64,000 nt of DNA, taken from positions 1 to 64,000 of the IMG/VR virus record IMGVR_UViG_3300029305_001452. One strand, written 5' to 3'. Both the position numbers and the translations under genes were made by a program. The stretch comes from a virus (lineage: Duplodnaviria > Caudoviricetes). The notes beneath the pieces were generated by a model. It was not told the origin of the DNA. It saw nothing but the letters and a program-made list of their open reading frames with translations, and did no database searches. Positions 9,071-19,987 of this stretch are shown here, in pieces; position 1 is the stretch's first letter; every line of letters starts with the position of its first letter.

Positions 9071-10179
9071 AGGCTAATCACCTCCACGATTAGAGATTTT
9101 GAACTATGCATGCTTTCAGCGGTAATGGTAAATGTCTTGCCAACTAAATCGTAGAATGGCAAACACTTAACCTTAAAAATATTATCTTTCACAGAACATT
9201 CAAGTTTATCTTTATAATCTACAAATATTTTATTTTTTTCATCATAAACCATAAATACTACATCCCAAGAAACATCATCTTCCACATTGACTAATTCACC
9301 ATCAACACGAGTCTTTAGGGTGAATTTTTTAAATCCACCACCAGCACGAACAGCAGGAGAACCAGAATACACAATCTCTAAATCACTCACCGTTGGAGTT
9401 TCTTCAAGCTCTGGTGTTTCAGGTTCTACATAAGATTCGTAATAGTTGGCTATCATTAATTCCTCATTATCTTTGGCTGGGTCAAACTGATCCTGTGCTA
9501 AAGTAAATTTAGAAATTCCATCGGTAGCAGTATCTTCAATCTTAGTGATTGTCCATCTAAGAGGGGGATATCTACCGGGTGATGATTTCAAGAACTTGGT
9601 GTCATATAAAATTGTCTTAGTGTCATCGTTTGTAGGAAGCCACAAAACTTCCTGGTTTTCCACCGTCTGAGTTGTATAATCGAGCCAGACGCCAGAGTTG
9701 TAAGAGTTCTGTTTTCTTGGAGCGCCAAGACATTGATGTATAATTCTTTTGCCATCAACTCTAGAAACCCACTTGTATGTCCATGTGCATTTCAAAATTG
9801 AAAATTGCCTAAACTGTGTTCTGTCATCAAGATGAACAATTAACCACCACTCAGGCTCATCCATTTCATTTAGAATTTGAACATAAGAACCAACCCTAAT
9901 ATTAGGATTATCTCTCATATCTTCTAATCTAAATTGTAATAAATACGCAACAGAGTCACCAGTAATATTATGATATGATTTTACGTTATATTTAGCGTAA
10001 ACTGGAATATCGTCATCATCAATTAATGGCAACCCTTTATCAACCCATTTAACATAAACGGGTTTAGTGGCTGGGTCTCTCATCCAAGACACATCCATAA
10101 TTTTTTGAGAGTTTCTCCGTCTGGCCTCACCCTCATATGAGCCAAGAGCGGCCATACGAAGTCTGTAGGAATCAAACAT
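9067..10179 (-). CDS. Putative head closure/head-tail joining protein
   Basis: Position in the head-tail cluster. Confidence 0.55.
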   Translation of the reverse strand: MFDSYRLRMAALGSYEGEARRRNSQKIMDVSWMRDPATKPVYVKWVDKGLPLIDDDDIPVYAKYNVKSYHNITGDSVAYLLQFRLEDMRDNPNIRVGSYVQILNEMDEPEWWLIVHLDDRTQFRQFSILKCTWTYKWVSRVDGKRIIHQCLGAPRKQNSYNSGVWLDYTTQTVENQEVLWLPTNDDTKTILYDTKFLKSSPGRYPPLRWTITKIEDTATDGISKFTLAQDQFDPAKDNEELMIANYYESYVEPETPELEETPTVSDLEIVYSGSPAVRAGGGFKKFTLKTRVDGELVNVEDDVSWDVVFMVYDEKNKIFVDYKDKLECSVKDNIFKVKCLPFYDLVGKTFTITAESMHSSKSLIVEVISL

Positions 10180-10477
10180 CGAAATCACTCTCCTTAATGC
10201 GTTCTACCATACCGCAAGCATCAAGAATAGCCTTACGGTAATCATCAAAGTTTTCAGCTTCTCGTGCATATGCAATCTTACTTATAATACTGACCATCTC
10301 CGGCTGATTGCCAGAAATTTTATTGAAACCTTTTAGTAGTTGTAGCACAGAGCCAAAATAATTATCTAAATATTCATAAGACTCTTCTTTATATGGCAAG
10401 AGCTTAAAAATCGCAGAGCGGATATATATCTTTTCTGCGGCAATTTGACTAGGCGGAATTTCTTTATAAATATTCAT
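10172..10477 (-). CDS. Hypothetical morphogenesis protein
   Basis: IFKLLPYKE motif; coupled overlap with the next gene. Confidence 0.55.
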   Translation of the reverse strand: MNIYKEIPPSQIAAEKIYIRSAIFKLLPYKEESYEYLDNYFGSVLQLLKGFNKISGNQPEMVSIISKIAYAREAENFDDYRKAILDACGMVERIKESDFDV

Positions 10478-10490
10478 CGGAAACGCCCCC

Positions 10491-10913
10491 TTAGTCATCA
10501 AAATATGAATTGTTATTATAAGTGCTATAACTATGCAAACGCTTCATCTCAAGTCTTGTTTCCTCACGTAATGCACGAAGTTCTGCAATATGGTTTGCCT
10601 GACTGTAATATTTTTCTTCTTTTCCACCAATAAACTGTCTAACTAATTCAGAAGAGTTTAAAGATTGGTCTAACCAAGCCATAGTCATTCCCATAGCAAG
10701 AAGCTCAATATCTAAATCGGTCAAAGTGTTTTCGAAAGATTCGTTTTCATCATCACGAGCATCAAGAGGTGTTGATGTGCGCACATTAACAATTGCACTA
10801 TTTAACCATTTTTTAAGCATTTCGCCCAATGTATAGTCGTCTAACTCGGCAAGATCAAAATCTGTTGTACGACTTAAAAAACGACCATAAATCTTTTCAT
10901 ATGGAGTAGCCAT
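10491..10913 (-). CDS. Putative head-tail adaptor
   Basis: MATPYEKIYGRFL..YSQANHI; downstream of capsid. Confidence 0.6.
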   Translation of the reverse strand: MATPYEKIYGRFLSRTTDFDLAELDDYTLGEMLKKWLNSAIVNVRTSTPLDARDDENESFENTLTDLDIELLAMGMTMAWLDQSLNSSELVRQFIGGKEEKYYSQANHIAELRALREETRLEMKRLHSYSTYNNNSYFDD

Positions 10914-10930
10914 ATATGGTCACCTCCAAA

Positions 10931-11458
10931 TTACTTAATATATAACTTTAAATCTGTTCCAAGAATTTCATCGATTGCCTTAATCTTAGCCAAGCTATCC
11001 AAGGATCCATTAAGAATCTTATCGCCGGCAATATTTTTAACGGCAAGCTGAACACCCTTTGAAGCCTTCTTTAGCTTAGATCTCAACTGAGAAACAGGAA
11101 GCTTTAGTAAATCTTCGGCATCAATATCTTCGATGTTCTTATAAACATCTCCAAAATCTTTGCCCCATTGTTCAACTAAGTCTTCATCCTCAATAATAAA
11201 TCTAGGCCTAAACAAATAACTAGATCTAGTAGACTTTAAAGCCTGTAAATCCTGATATTCAACTTCAGTAGTGTCACCGTAATTTGCCCAACTATATAAC
11301 AGCTTAGACTTTTTGCCAGTTAAAAGAAGTTCTCCAAAAGTAATACTGCGACAGACAATTAAATCATCTGGCGCAAACTTGTGTGGTGCCTTCTTTGTGA
11401 CCTTAGATTCAGTAGCAACTTCCATTTCTTCTGAAACAGTTTCTTTTTTTGTAGCCAT
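10931..11458 (-). CDS. Conserved phage protein (YonA position)
   Basis: W..YGD...V.Y.DL and LDSLAKIKAIDE motifs; immediately after capsid. Confidence 0.55.
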   Translation of the reverse strand: MATKKETVSEEMEVATESKVTKKAPHKFAPDDLIVCRSITFGELLLTGKKSKLLYSWANYGDTTEVEYQDLQALKSTRSSYLFRPRFIIEDEDLVEQWGKDFGDVYKNIEDIDAEDLLKLPVSQLRSKLKKASKGVQLAVKNIAGDKILNGSLDSLAKIKAIDEILGTDLKLYIK

Positions 11459-11494
11459 ATTAAATTCTCCTTTTTATCCTTTATTGTTCAAAAA

Positions 11495-12610
11495 TTAAGC
11501 AGCGATGTTATAAACACCAAATAGTAGGTTGATCTGAACACCAACGCCCATCTTCCACATATATCTGTAGTCATAGGTCATGTCCTGATTTACAGTGTTG
11601 TCATTAACCTGTCTCATCTCGGGATTGCCCTCGTTGATAACCTTGATGAACTTGTTGGAACCAACAGGCATAATTAGTAGCTGCTTGTCATCAATTAGTC
11701 TAGCACTAGTATCATTTAGCTTGAAGCCCTGCTTTAGCTCAACTAGTCTGATGCCTTCCCAAGTACCAATTCTACCAGTAGTGTTTCTAGCGACCTTCAT
11801 TTCCTCGGAAATCCAGTTGATGTCCTGAATACCCTCTAGCTTGCTTAGAGCAGTCTTGGTACCCATAATAACAACATCCATGCCAGTAGCCATCTGAACG
11901 TCCTCGATTAGCTGTACGAAAACTTCCTTAGTGGTTTCGTTTAGCTCGCCAGTCTTAACCCACTGACCTGCGCCAGTAGCACCGCCAGGTAGCTGCTCAG
12001 CTGCGGATAGCATAGCCTGATAAATGGACTCATTAACATAACGGTCAACGGCTTCAAATAGCTTGTTGACGAAGGTAGAGAAGTCTTCAGCACCAGTTAG
12101 TAGTCTCTCGTACTCGCTGTAAACAGCAATACCATACCAAGAGGTAGCAACGGTGAAGGAGCTGCCCTTGCCTAGTCTCTGACGGTCTAGATCCCAGTGG
12201 TTACCAGAAACCTTAGAAACGGTTAGTAGAGTCTCATCATCAGTATAGAACATAGCCTGATCGCCAATGTCTAGATTTCTAGTTTCAACAAACTCATTGA
12301 AGAAGGGGTTATCCTGCCAACCAGTCTGTAGTAGGTTGGGAACAACTTCTTCGATTAGGTCAAATAGAACTTGCTGATTTCTCTTAATAGCCTTACGAAT
12401 GTCTGCCTTAGTAGCACTCTCGCCAACACCAATAACCTTATAGAACATAGAGCGAATCTGCTCGTTAGCTTCCTTAATGGTGATGTCAGCCTCTAGAGTA
12501 CCATTATATGTATCTAGCATTAACTTATTAAATGCAAATAGCTTATCGCTATCATTTTCAAATACTTCACGCACTCTTGCGTCAAAGTTCATTAGATTTA
12601 ATTTAGCCAT
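11495..12610 (-). CDS. Major capsid protein
   Basis: 371 aa after protease and decoration genes; strong codon bias; VIMGTKTALSKL..GTWEGIRLVEL. Confidence 0.85.
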   Translation of the reverse strand: MAKLNLMNFDARVREVFENDSDKLFAFNKLMLDTYNGTLEADITIKEANEQIRSMFYKVIGVGESATKADIRKAIKRNQQVLFDLIEEVVPNLLQTGWQDNPFFNEFVETRNLDIGDQAMFYTDDETLLTVSKVSGNHWDLDRQRLGKGSSFTVATSWYGIAVYSEYERLLTGAEDFSTFVNKLFEAVDRYVNESIYQAMLSAAEQLPGGATGAGQWVKTGELNETTKEVFVQLIEDVQMATGMDVVIMGTKTALSKLEGIQDINWISEEMKVARNTTGRIGTWEGIRLVELKQGFKLNDTSARLIDDKQLLIMPVGSNKFIKVINEGNPEMRQVNDNTVNQDMTYDYRYMWKMGVGVQINLLFGVYNIAA

Positions 12611-12634
12611 AGTTGTTTTCCTCCTTTCCTAAAC

Positions 12635-13150
12635 TTATAGACTTACAACCTGGATTTTGTACATCATCTGGTTAGTTCTGGGGATCTTAGTTAGAACCTG
12701 TGCGCAGAACTGACCCTCGGTCTTTGCGTCACCAACAACATACTTCTTAGCTGCAGCATCATAGGTAACATACTGCTTAACAGCGGGAGCAGCATCAAAA
12801 GCATTCTCAGATAGAGTGATACGATCACCGACTCTTAGAGTGTAAGCACGAACTCTATCGCCAGCGGCGTTATAGAATCTGTCTTCAGTAGCATAACCTC
12901 TTAGTTCGGTCATAGGTAGTAGAGGAGGATTTAGTAGTAGTAGAGCTTCATCGCCAGCAGCATAAGCCTTAGCATTCCAAACCTCATCTTCGTATTCCTC
13001 GTTAGCATATTCAGCTCTAGCAACTAGTAAGCCGTTATCCATATCCTCAGCGATAGCGATAGAGTAGATGTGACCGCCGCCAAAGTTGGTAGATAGAATA
13101 TTAGTAGACTCACAAATAATGTGATCAGCATTAATCCAATCTTGTGCCAT
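12635..13150 (-). CDS. Capsid decoration/minor capsid protein
   Basis: DMDNG and RAYTLRVGD motifs; between scaffold and capsid. Confidence 0.7.
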   Translation of the reverse strand: MAQDWINADHIICESTNILSTNFGGGHIYSIAIAEDMDNGLLVARAEYANEEYEDEVWNAKAYAAGDEALLLLNPPLLPMTELRGYATEDRFYNAAGDRVRAYTLRVGDRITLSENAFDAAPAVKQYVTYDAAAKKYVVGDAKTEGQFCAQVLTKIPRTNQMMYKIQVVSL

Positions 13151-13254
13151 AATTCAATTCATCCTTTCATAAAATAAATATTTTTAATATAACAAAAACA
13201 ACCGCAATTGATTGCTTAAGTATTAGAACAACATTCGTTTTGTACTGTTAAAGA

Positions 13255-14865
13255 TTAATCTTTGTTAAACAAACCAGCGTAGGCTTGCTTCTTTTTATTA
13301 GGTTTAGCTTGATAATTGAAACCAACAGACTTTCTCTTTTCAGGCTTATTTGATTCAATAGCAAACTTCTTTTTCATGGAAGCGGCATATAGAAGGTCAA
13401 CCTTTGTCTTTAATTCATCAACAGAATAATTATCCATCTCAGACATTAGAGTTTTAAAGTCATCAGAGTCTCTGATTTCATCATAGTCTGCGCTCTCAAA
13501 AATAGCATCCTTTTCTGCCTTGATAGTAGCAGCATCGTAATTTTCCTTAAATGCCTTTAGCTCTGCATAATTAGACTTTAATTCGTCAAGGGCATCTCTC
13601 TCTGCCTTAGATAGCCATTCATTGAATACTTCAACACGTTCACCATCAAACGCAACATTATCGCCGTCCTTAGAATAAGTTTGTCTAAAGAACTTGTAAC
13701 CCTCGTCGGTCCAGTCTTCATAAATAAACTTGTTATCATAAACTTCAATAATCCATGCATAACTATATCCGTCTTCAGAATATGCATTTAGTAGCTGGTA
13801 TAGCGCCATTCTGATGTCATCATGACTAAGTTCAAACTTAATCTCAAACTTCTCGTCTTCAATAACCTCTTCCTGCTCTTCAACTTCTACTTCTTCTTCG
13901 ACAACAACTTCCTCTTCAGTTTCAACAACAACTTCATCACCATCTTCGAAAGAAGTTTCCTCAGAAACGATTTCTTCGTTAACGACAACTTCCTCACCTT
14001 CAGCCTGTTCTTCTACAACAACAGTTTCAGGATCATTAAGCTCCTCCTCGACGACGACGTCTTCAACATCAACCATCTCTTCCTCTCCTCCTTTCTCAGA
14101 ATTTTTATTGAAATTAGATAAAGTAGTATTTAACTTATCTAAAACTTCAATCATTTTTTCTTGATAATTCATACCCAACATACTATTATTTGAGCTAAAA
14201 CTATCAATAGTAATCTTGCTACCTTTCATGCCTTCCTGAATTTCTGTAACACCATCTTGTTCATATCCTAGAATGGTTACACCCATAAATGTGAAAGAAT
14301 CAATAGACAAATAATCTTCTTCGCAATTCCATGACATTTCATTAACTGCAATTTCAACAGAACACTTACAAGTTCTACGTCTCTCTAAAATTTCCGCAGC
14401 CCTAGAATATTCAGTAAAAATATGACCATTAACATATAAGTATGTTTTGTCTTCTTCTTCATCATATTCTAAATACGGCTCTTCTAGTTGACTAATAACA
14501 CCAACTGGATGTTCTAAATACTCAACCTCTCCATCATCATTAAACTCAATATCATGACTATGGAATTCATATTCGCCAGTATCCGTCTTAATAATATTGG
14601 CAAGAATAGGTCTACCTTTAAAAGAAGCCATATTTTTATTCATCACATCTTCAGAAATACAAGACTGATTTCTATTCACTCCAATATGGCAAGATTTTAG
14701 ACTAACTGGCATTAATCCATCCTTACTATTATCAGACACTTCAAAAGTTTCAACGGATTGCACAATTAGTGGCTTTCCGTCGTGCTCTTGTGAACTAAAG
14801 TGTGCAAAATTATTCTGCTTACAAAAAGTTGCAAGATCATCAATTGTATAAAAAGTTCTTGGCAT
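13255..14865 (-). CDS. Prohead protease with acidic scaffold domain
   Basis: CHIGVNRN, PILA, HSH, PVG, CSVEI, GVTILG motifs, then an E/V-rich linker and coiled C-terminus. Confidence 0.75.
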   Translation of the reverse strand: MPRTFYTIDDLATFCKQNNFAHFSSQEHDGKPLIVQSVETFEVSDNSKDGLMPVSLKSCHIGVNRNQSCISEDVMNKNMASFKGRPILANIIKTDTGEYEFHSHDIEFNDDGEVEYLEHPVGVISQLEEPYLEYDEEEDKTYLYVNGHIFTEYSRAAEILERRRTCKCSVEIAVNEMSWNCEEDYLSIDSFTFMGVTILGYEQDGVTEIQEGMKGSKITIDSFSSNNSMLGMNYQEKMIEVLDKLNTTLSNFNKNSEKGGEEEMVDVEDVVVEEELNDPETVVVEEQAEGEEVVVNEEIVSEETSFEDGDEVVVETEEEVVVEEEVEVEEQEEVIEDEKFEIKFELSHDDIRMALYQLLNAYSEDGYSYAWIIEVYDNKFIYEDWTDEGYKFFRQTYSKDGDNVAFDGERVEVFNEWLSKAERDALDELKSNYAELKAFKENYDAATIKAEKDAIFESADYDEIRDSDDFKTLMSEMDNYSVDELKTKVDLLYAASMKKKFAIESNKPEKRKSVGFNYQAKPNKKKQAYAGLFNKD

Positions 14866-14916
14866 GTTACCTCCTCCTTTCTTACAAATTTTATATATGC
14901 AACCCCAATATTGGAG

Positions 14917-15102
14917 TTACAAGCATAACTTATCTGTGAAGTGTAATTTCTTCACATCAAACACATCAAACATAAATTTCTCAGGTTTATCATTTACAAA
15001 AGTGTAAACCCCAGCTATTGTAGAAACCAATTTAAATTGATGTGCAATCATTTTATTGGCAGTAGCCTCGTCTTTTGTGACGACAAACTTTTTATCGTTC
15101 AT
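14917..15102 (-). CDS. Hypothetical protein
   Basis: GGAGG RBS; between portal and protease. Confidence 0.65.
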   Translation of the reverse strand: MNDKKFVVTKDEATANKMIAHQFKLVSTIAGVYTFVNDKPEKFMFDVFDVKKLHFTDKLCL

Positions 15103-15114
15103 TTTTCTGCCTCC

Positions 15115-16653
15115 TTACTTCTTGTCTCTTGTTGCCTGTCCTTCGTCAGTCAAATCTTCTGGATTATCAATTTCCGTTCTTCCATCAGATCCGTCTCCGT
15201 TTTCAGATAGACCTCCGCTCTGAACATTACTTGATACAAGTGGTTTAACCCATGATGTTGTTCCCATTCCAAGAACATCTTCCATAAAGGACATGCCACG
15301 CTCTTTTGTTGGGTTCGCATTTAATAACGATGCCAACTCAAGCTTAACAGGAACGCCATATTGTGCAACTTTAAGCAACTTATCAATTCTATCATCTACA
15401 AAATATGGAGAAACATCGCTATATTCAACAACCATGCCGGTTTCTCCAAGATGATTTAAAATCCATAAGTTAACCCAAGCATTAATTTGTTCAATTGGAG
15501 CCATAGCGTCCATTGAATCAAACTGCAACGCTAATTTAAAACTTGCACTATTAGTAATCTTATTCTGATTTAATACAATACCACCATTGGCATTAATAAT
15601 ATTCTCATATGCTTCAGAAATAATATTAACATCATTAGCATTATTACTATTAAAATCAATTGCCTCCAATTTCATCGGCGACATAGCGATGGCGACATTC
15701 TCTGGCATTGCAGATTGTAGTTTTTGAAAGAACTTATTCGCAAGCTCTAAATCAATCTCAAAATCATCAACATCTTTTGTACCAGAAATAGTATCAATTT
15801 TTGCATAAATTAATTTATACGCTTCAAGTTCATCCTTTAAATCTTGTACAGCCTGTAAATCAGAAAGACTAATTATGCTGTCAAATAATCCGCTTAATGG
15901 AGGAATTGGATAGTCAAGCATATCTATGTTTATCTTAAAACAAACTGTGTTTTCAATAGGAAGCTCAGCCCATCGTTGTGAATTATCACTTTTATATTTA
16001 TTATATAATTTCTTAAAAATAGGATCATAAATATCCAAATAGTAAGCATTCGTACCAGAATCAAAATAACTAAGGTCAAATGCAAAATTTAGAACACCTC
16101 TATAATATTGCTGACTAGAAATTTTACAATAATCTGGATCTAAGAGATGAATGAAAAATTCTCCATCATTCTCGGGATCACCATAACAAAAACCATATAC
16201 AACATCATTTTTCCATGCTTGCAACATACATTTTAAAATCTGGCTCTTCATATCCATATTACGAATATATTTTGTAACAGTATCATAATTTTTTAAAATA
16301 CTTTCTACATCTGGCTCCTCTGTTAGTGGGACATCAGGATAAACCGTCCAAGATTTTAATTGTATTTGATATGCTTTAAAATTAATTAATCTTCTATACA
16401 CATGAGAAACAGTATATAAATAATTACTTAATTTTCTCAAATTCTTTTGGTTGCTCTCTGACGCTGGATTTTTTAAATATGAACGTAGGCTTTCTCTTGA
16501 ATAAGTAGTATATGTAATACTTCTATTTTGAGTTAAGTCAATTAATGCCAGTGCATCTTTGACGGCGGCATATGCGGCTTTATTACGTTCATCTCTACGT
16601 AAAAACTCTATTTTTTCCTTTTCAGTTAATTGTTTTTCTGCCACAAAACTCAC
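15115..16653 (-). CDS. Portal protein
   Basis: 512 aa directly after terminase; LDPDYCKI, FAFDLSYF. Confidence 0.8.
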   Translation of the reverse strand: MSFVAEKQLTEKEKIEFLRRDERNKAAYAAVKDALALIDLTQNRSITYTTYSRESLRSYLKNPASESNQKNLRKLSNYLYTVSHVYRRLINFKAYQIQLKSWTVYPDVPLTEEPDVESILKNYDTVTKYIRNMDMKSQILKCMLQAWKNDVVYGFCYGDPENDGEFFIHLLDPDYCKISSQQYYRGVLNFAFDLSYFDSGTNAYYLDIYDPIFKKLYNKYKSDNSQRWAELPIENTVCFKINIDMLDYPIPPLSGLFDSIISLSDLQAVQDLKDELEAYKLIYAKIDTISGTKDVDDFEIDLELANKFFQKLQSAMPENVAIAMSPMKLEAIDFNSNNANDVNIISEAYENIINANGGIVLNQNKITNSASFKLALQFDSMDAMAPIEQINAWVNLWILNHLGETGMVVEYSDVSPYFVDDRIDKLLKVAQYGVPVKLELASLLNANPTKERGMSFMEDVLGMGTTSWVKPLVSSNVQSGGLSENGDGSDGRTEIDNPEDLTDEGQATRDKK

Positions 16654-16661
16654 CGCCTTTC

Positions 16662-18707
16662 TTATCCAAATAGTTTATTAAGTGGCTTGCCCCTATTAAC
16701 AGGGAGCATATTTATCAAATCTACGGCATTTGGCTTCTTACGAGCACGTACATTTTCAAGACGTTTCTCAGATAACCACCACGCACATAATGCCATTGTA
16801 TACGAACGGTCATCGTGTAACTTATTAGCCTTCTCTGGTGTAAGTTCAAAAGAGTCTTTACCAGAATCTCTTTTCTTACGCACCATATTCACCATTTCCT
16901 CTTTCATTGCATCGATATTAGCCAACGCAATTTCTTGAAATGGATCCAATTTAACAACTTTAGTTTTGACACAAGAAGTCTGAGCAAGTTCTTCTTCAAG
17001 TTTTTTTGCTAATTCCTCGCCATCAAAACCTCGTGTTTTTAATTCTTCGTTAATACGCTTTTTCTCTTTTTCTAATTTCTTTTCATCAGCTTCAAATACT
17101 GTTAAATAACCTTTATTATCATAATCTGTAGTAAAACTAATAGCGTCTATATCTAGCATTTCAATTAATGCTTCATATATGATTGATTTATATTGAGTAG
17201 GCGATACTAGTTTTAATTTATTAATTGCGTTAGGATAGCGTCCCGCATACTCCTCGCTATACTCCTTATCAATAAGCCCACGGTGCATTTTACCCTTTTT
17301 GTCAATCCAATCTTCCATTAAGAAGTCAGCAATGTTAACACCACCACCACCTGAACCAGCATCAATTAAAACACATTCAATATTTTCATAATCTGGTGCA
17401 TCACCATTATAATCTAATATTAATTGTTTTAAATACTCAATCTGATCCGGTGTTCTCATAGGGCTCTTAATTTTCTTACCAACATCAAGTAAGTTTACAC
17501 AGTTGACAATACGACCTTTATATTGTCCGTCATCTGTTTGATAAATTTCCATAACTAAAATAACAGAGTTATCTCTACTTCTAGCAGGGTCATATGCAAT
17601 AATAAACTTCTTTTTACCAGTATCATTATAGAGTAATGGCGCACGAGTTTCGCTATTTCTAGCGATAACACCGCGTCTAATAATGGCGTTCATACCGGCA
17701 TCAGAAGTAAATTCACAATAATATTCTCTACGTGCCTTTTCAGGATTTGTTCTTACAGCAGTTTCAATATCACTCTTTTTCAAAAGTGCGTTAACAACCT
17801 CGCCACGGATGGTTGGTCTTAAAACCACATCACAGCTAACCTGGACAACACAATAGTCTCTATCACCCATCAACTGACGTTTTGCAAATTCTCTATATAA
17901 CCTATAGTATTTAGTATCGGTGCTAGATGCAGAACTGATATAAAATTTTTGGTTTGGAATATTTGTTGCAAAAGTTCTAAGTCTAACCGTATCGATCATC
18001 TTACCATTACGGTCTTTACCAGAAACGAATCCTTTGTTGACGGCAGCAAATGCACCATAAACTTCAAGCATTTCTTCTGATAAGAAGCCACATTCGTCAA
18101 ACACAACACTACCACGCATACCACGCTTCTTGTCTATATTTGAGTTTAGTGTTTGAGTGAAAGATCCGTTGTATAGACTATATTTAAAACCGTTGCTACC
18201 ATGACTAAATCCATCACCAGCAGCGTTATTAATCTCTACCTCGTTTTTAAAAATATAACCAGTAGAGTTTCTCATTTCATCAATTCCATCATTTGCTAAA
18301 CGTTCCAATGTCATAAATGTTTGTTCTGCCTGTGAACCAGAACCACTAGCGATATATGTCCACACATTACAAAACAACATATCTTTAGCCATTAAAATTA
18401 AGTCAATAACAGTGGACTTACCAAATGCACGAGATGCCAAAACAAGAACGTTTGGACAATTCCAAGTTCTTTGAACAATATACGCTTGTGCATCCAATAA
18501 TGTAATATTAAAAAAATCTTCAATAAACCTAACAGGATTACATTGATAATACTTTTGAATCTTTGCAATATGTACTAAAGATTCTAATTTTCTATCAGAC
18601 ATTGCATAAACTGTAGGTTTTACATATACAACTGAATCATCATTAAAGATAGACATCAAATCTTCGTCTTCAATATTATCAATTATCTTAAACTTAAAAT
18701 TACTCAT
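16662..18707 (-). CDS. terL: Terminase large subunit
   Basis: Walker A ASRAFGKS, Walker B VVFDE, motif III ISSA, nuclease AYDPARSRDNS..IDAGSGGGG..HDDRSY. Confidence 0.92.
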   Translation of the reverse strand: MSNFKFKIIDNIEDEDLMSIFNDDSVVYVKPTVYAMSDRKLESLVHIAKIQKYYQCNPVRFIEDFFNITLLDAQAYIVQRTWNCPNVLVLASRAFGKSTVIDLILMAKDMLFCNVWTYIASGSGSQAEQTFMTLERLANDGIDEMRNSTGYIFKNEVEINNAAGDGFSHGSNGFKYSLYNGSFTQTLNSNIDKKRGMRGSVVFDECGFLSEEMLEVYGAFAAVNKGFVSGKDRNGKMIDTVRLRTFATNIPNQKFYISSASSTDTKYYRLYREFAKRQLMGDRDYCVVQVSCDVVLRPTIRGEVVNALLKKSDIETAVRTNPEKARREYYCEFTSDAGMNAIIRRGVIARNSETRAPLLYNDTGKKKFIIAYDPARSRDNSVILVMEIYQTDDGQYKGRIVNCVNLLDVGKKIKSPMRTPDQIEYLKQLILDYNGDAPDYENIECVLIDAGSGGGGVNIADFLMEDWIDKKGKMHRGLIDKEYSEEYAGRYPNAINKLKLVSPTQYKSIIYEALIEMLDIDAISFTTDYDNKGYLTVFEADEKKLEKEKKRINEELKTRGFDGEELAKKLEEELAQTSCVKTKVVKLDPFQEIALANIDAMKEEMVNMVRKKRDSGKDSFELTPEKANKLHDDRSYTMALCAWWLSEKRLENVRARKKPNAVDLINMLPVNRGKPLNKLFG

Positions 18708-19944
18708 CTTCGTCACTCTCCTCGTTATCCTGAGATGCGGTTTCTCCAAACGGTGAGAATAAGTCTTTTAAATTTTTCAAACTATCCTTGTTTAACAAAT
18801 TATTCTCTTCTAATGTATCTCTTAAATCAAGATTTTCTCTTAGAAGAATTCTATTGATTTCTTTATAAACATCTCTTTCTCTTTGTGTATCAACTAAAAG
18901 CTTTCTCTGATCTGCAACAACTTCAGACCACTCAGACTCATCTAGTGCCAAGGCCTTCATAATAGAAATATCACTAATTTCAAGAGCTTGCTGCATACCA
19001 CGGCATGTGCCTATGTCAAAGCCATTAACCTCGGCGTCTCTTAAGTCCATATCTTTAAGTTTTTTAATTTTACCAGTCCAAGTATTTTCACCCTTACTAG
19101 CGTTTCTATTATGCTTTAAACTTAAACAAGATTGTTCCGCTAGATCAGTAATTGTTGTATTTAAACTCTTTTTGGCATCAAGCAGCGTTTTCATTTCCGA
19201 TGGATTAGCACTTGTATTTGCCATAACTTTCGCCAATTTATCATCAAGCTTGGCCTGTTGTAAAAACCCACGCACGATAGTAATAGCAGAAGAGGTACGC
19301 ATCATATCCTCATTTCCATCTCCACCAGAATCAAGATATCCAATTAACTGAGAGTAGAGTAGTGGTTGATCTTCTAGTTTTTCACACTCAAAAGGATCAT
19401 ATCCAAGTAGTCTAAGAACGCTACTTCTATTCTTTTCAAACTCACTATTAACCTCTTGGCTCATTAATAATGTTTGCGCATCATCTTTATTACCATTTTC
19501 AAGCGCCACTACTTGCTTAGCATCTTCAATATATGTTTGAAAAATATCACCATCACGCCATCTTTTACCATTATATTGTTTCATACTTACATTTGTAATA
19601 TATGAATCCCAAATAGTCTGTTTGCGTGCGTCATTATTTGCAGCCCATGAATTATAACTTGTGTTCCATAAATTTTCTAAAAAGGGACGATCAATATATT
19701 CCAATGCGCTCATAACAGTTTTCTTTGTGCAACCTAAAAATTCTTGTCTGTTATCATCCCAGCCAAGTGCTATCCTTTTTACACAATCTTTACATATAGA
19801 TGTAACTCCAGTCATAACTCTAGGGTCTGTAGATACATAAAAATCTGACCTTTTCTTTTCTTTTAAACAATGGTGGCATAAATATTTTTGCTCAACTGTA
19901 GTCTTTTTTGTGGAAGTAGTTTTCTTTCCTGCACTTCTTGCCAT
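18700..19944 (-). CDS. Zn-finger protein, putative terminase small subunit (YonG position)
   Basis: CHHC..FY..ICKDC N-terminus; overlaps the terL start. Confidence 0.55.
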   Translation of the reverse strand: MARSAGKKTTSTKKTTVEQKYLCHHCLKEKKRSDFYVSTDPRVMTGVTSICKDCVKRIALGWDDNRQEFLGCTKKTVMSALEYIDRPFLENLWNTSYNSWAANNDARKQTIWDSYITNVSMKQYNGKRWRDGDIFQTYIEDAKQVVALENGNKDDAQTLLMSQEVNSEFEKNRSSVLRLLGYDPFECEKLEDQPLLYSQLIGYLDSGGDGNEDMMRTSSAITIVRGFLQQAKLDDKLAKVMANTSANPSEMKTLLDAKKSLNTTITDLAEQSCLSLKHNRNASKGENTWTGKIKKLKDMDLRDAEVNGFDIGTCRGMQQALEISDISIMKALALDESEWSEVVADQRKLLVDTQRERDVYKEINRILLRENLDLRDTLEENNLLNKDSLKNLKDLFSPFGETASQDNEESDEDE

Positions 19945-19987
19945 TTACTCTACCTCCTTCCTTATGTTTTAAATAAAAAGAAGTCCA

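Noticed and set aside
4505-13186. One-mismatch TAAAA-N6-TTTTA variants at 4505 and 13170
   Set aside because: They lie before RBSs but in very AT-rich DNA where chance matches are likely; not counted
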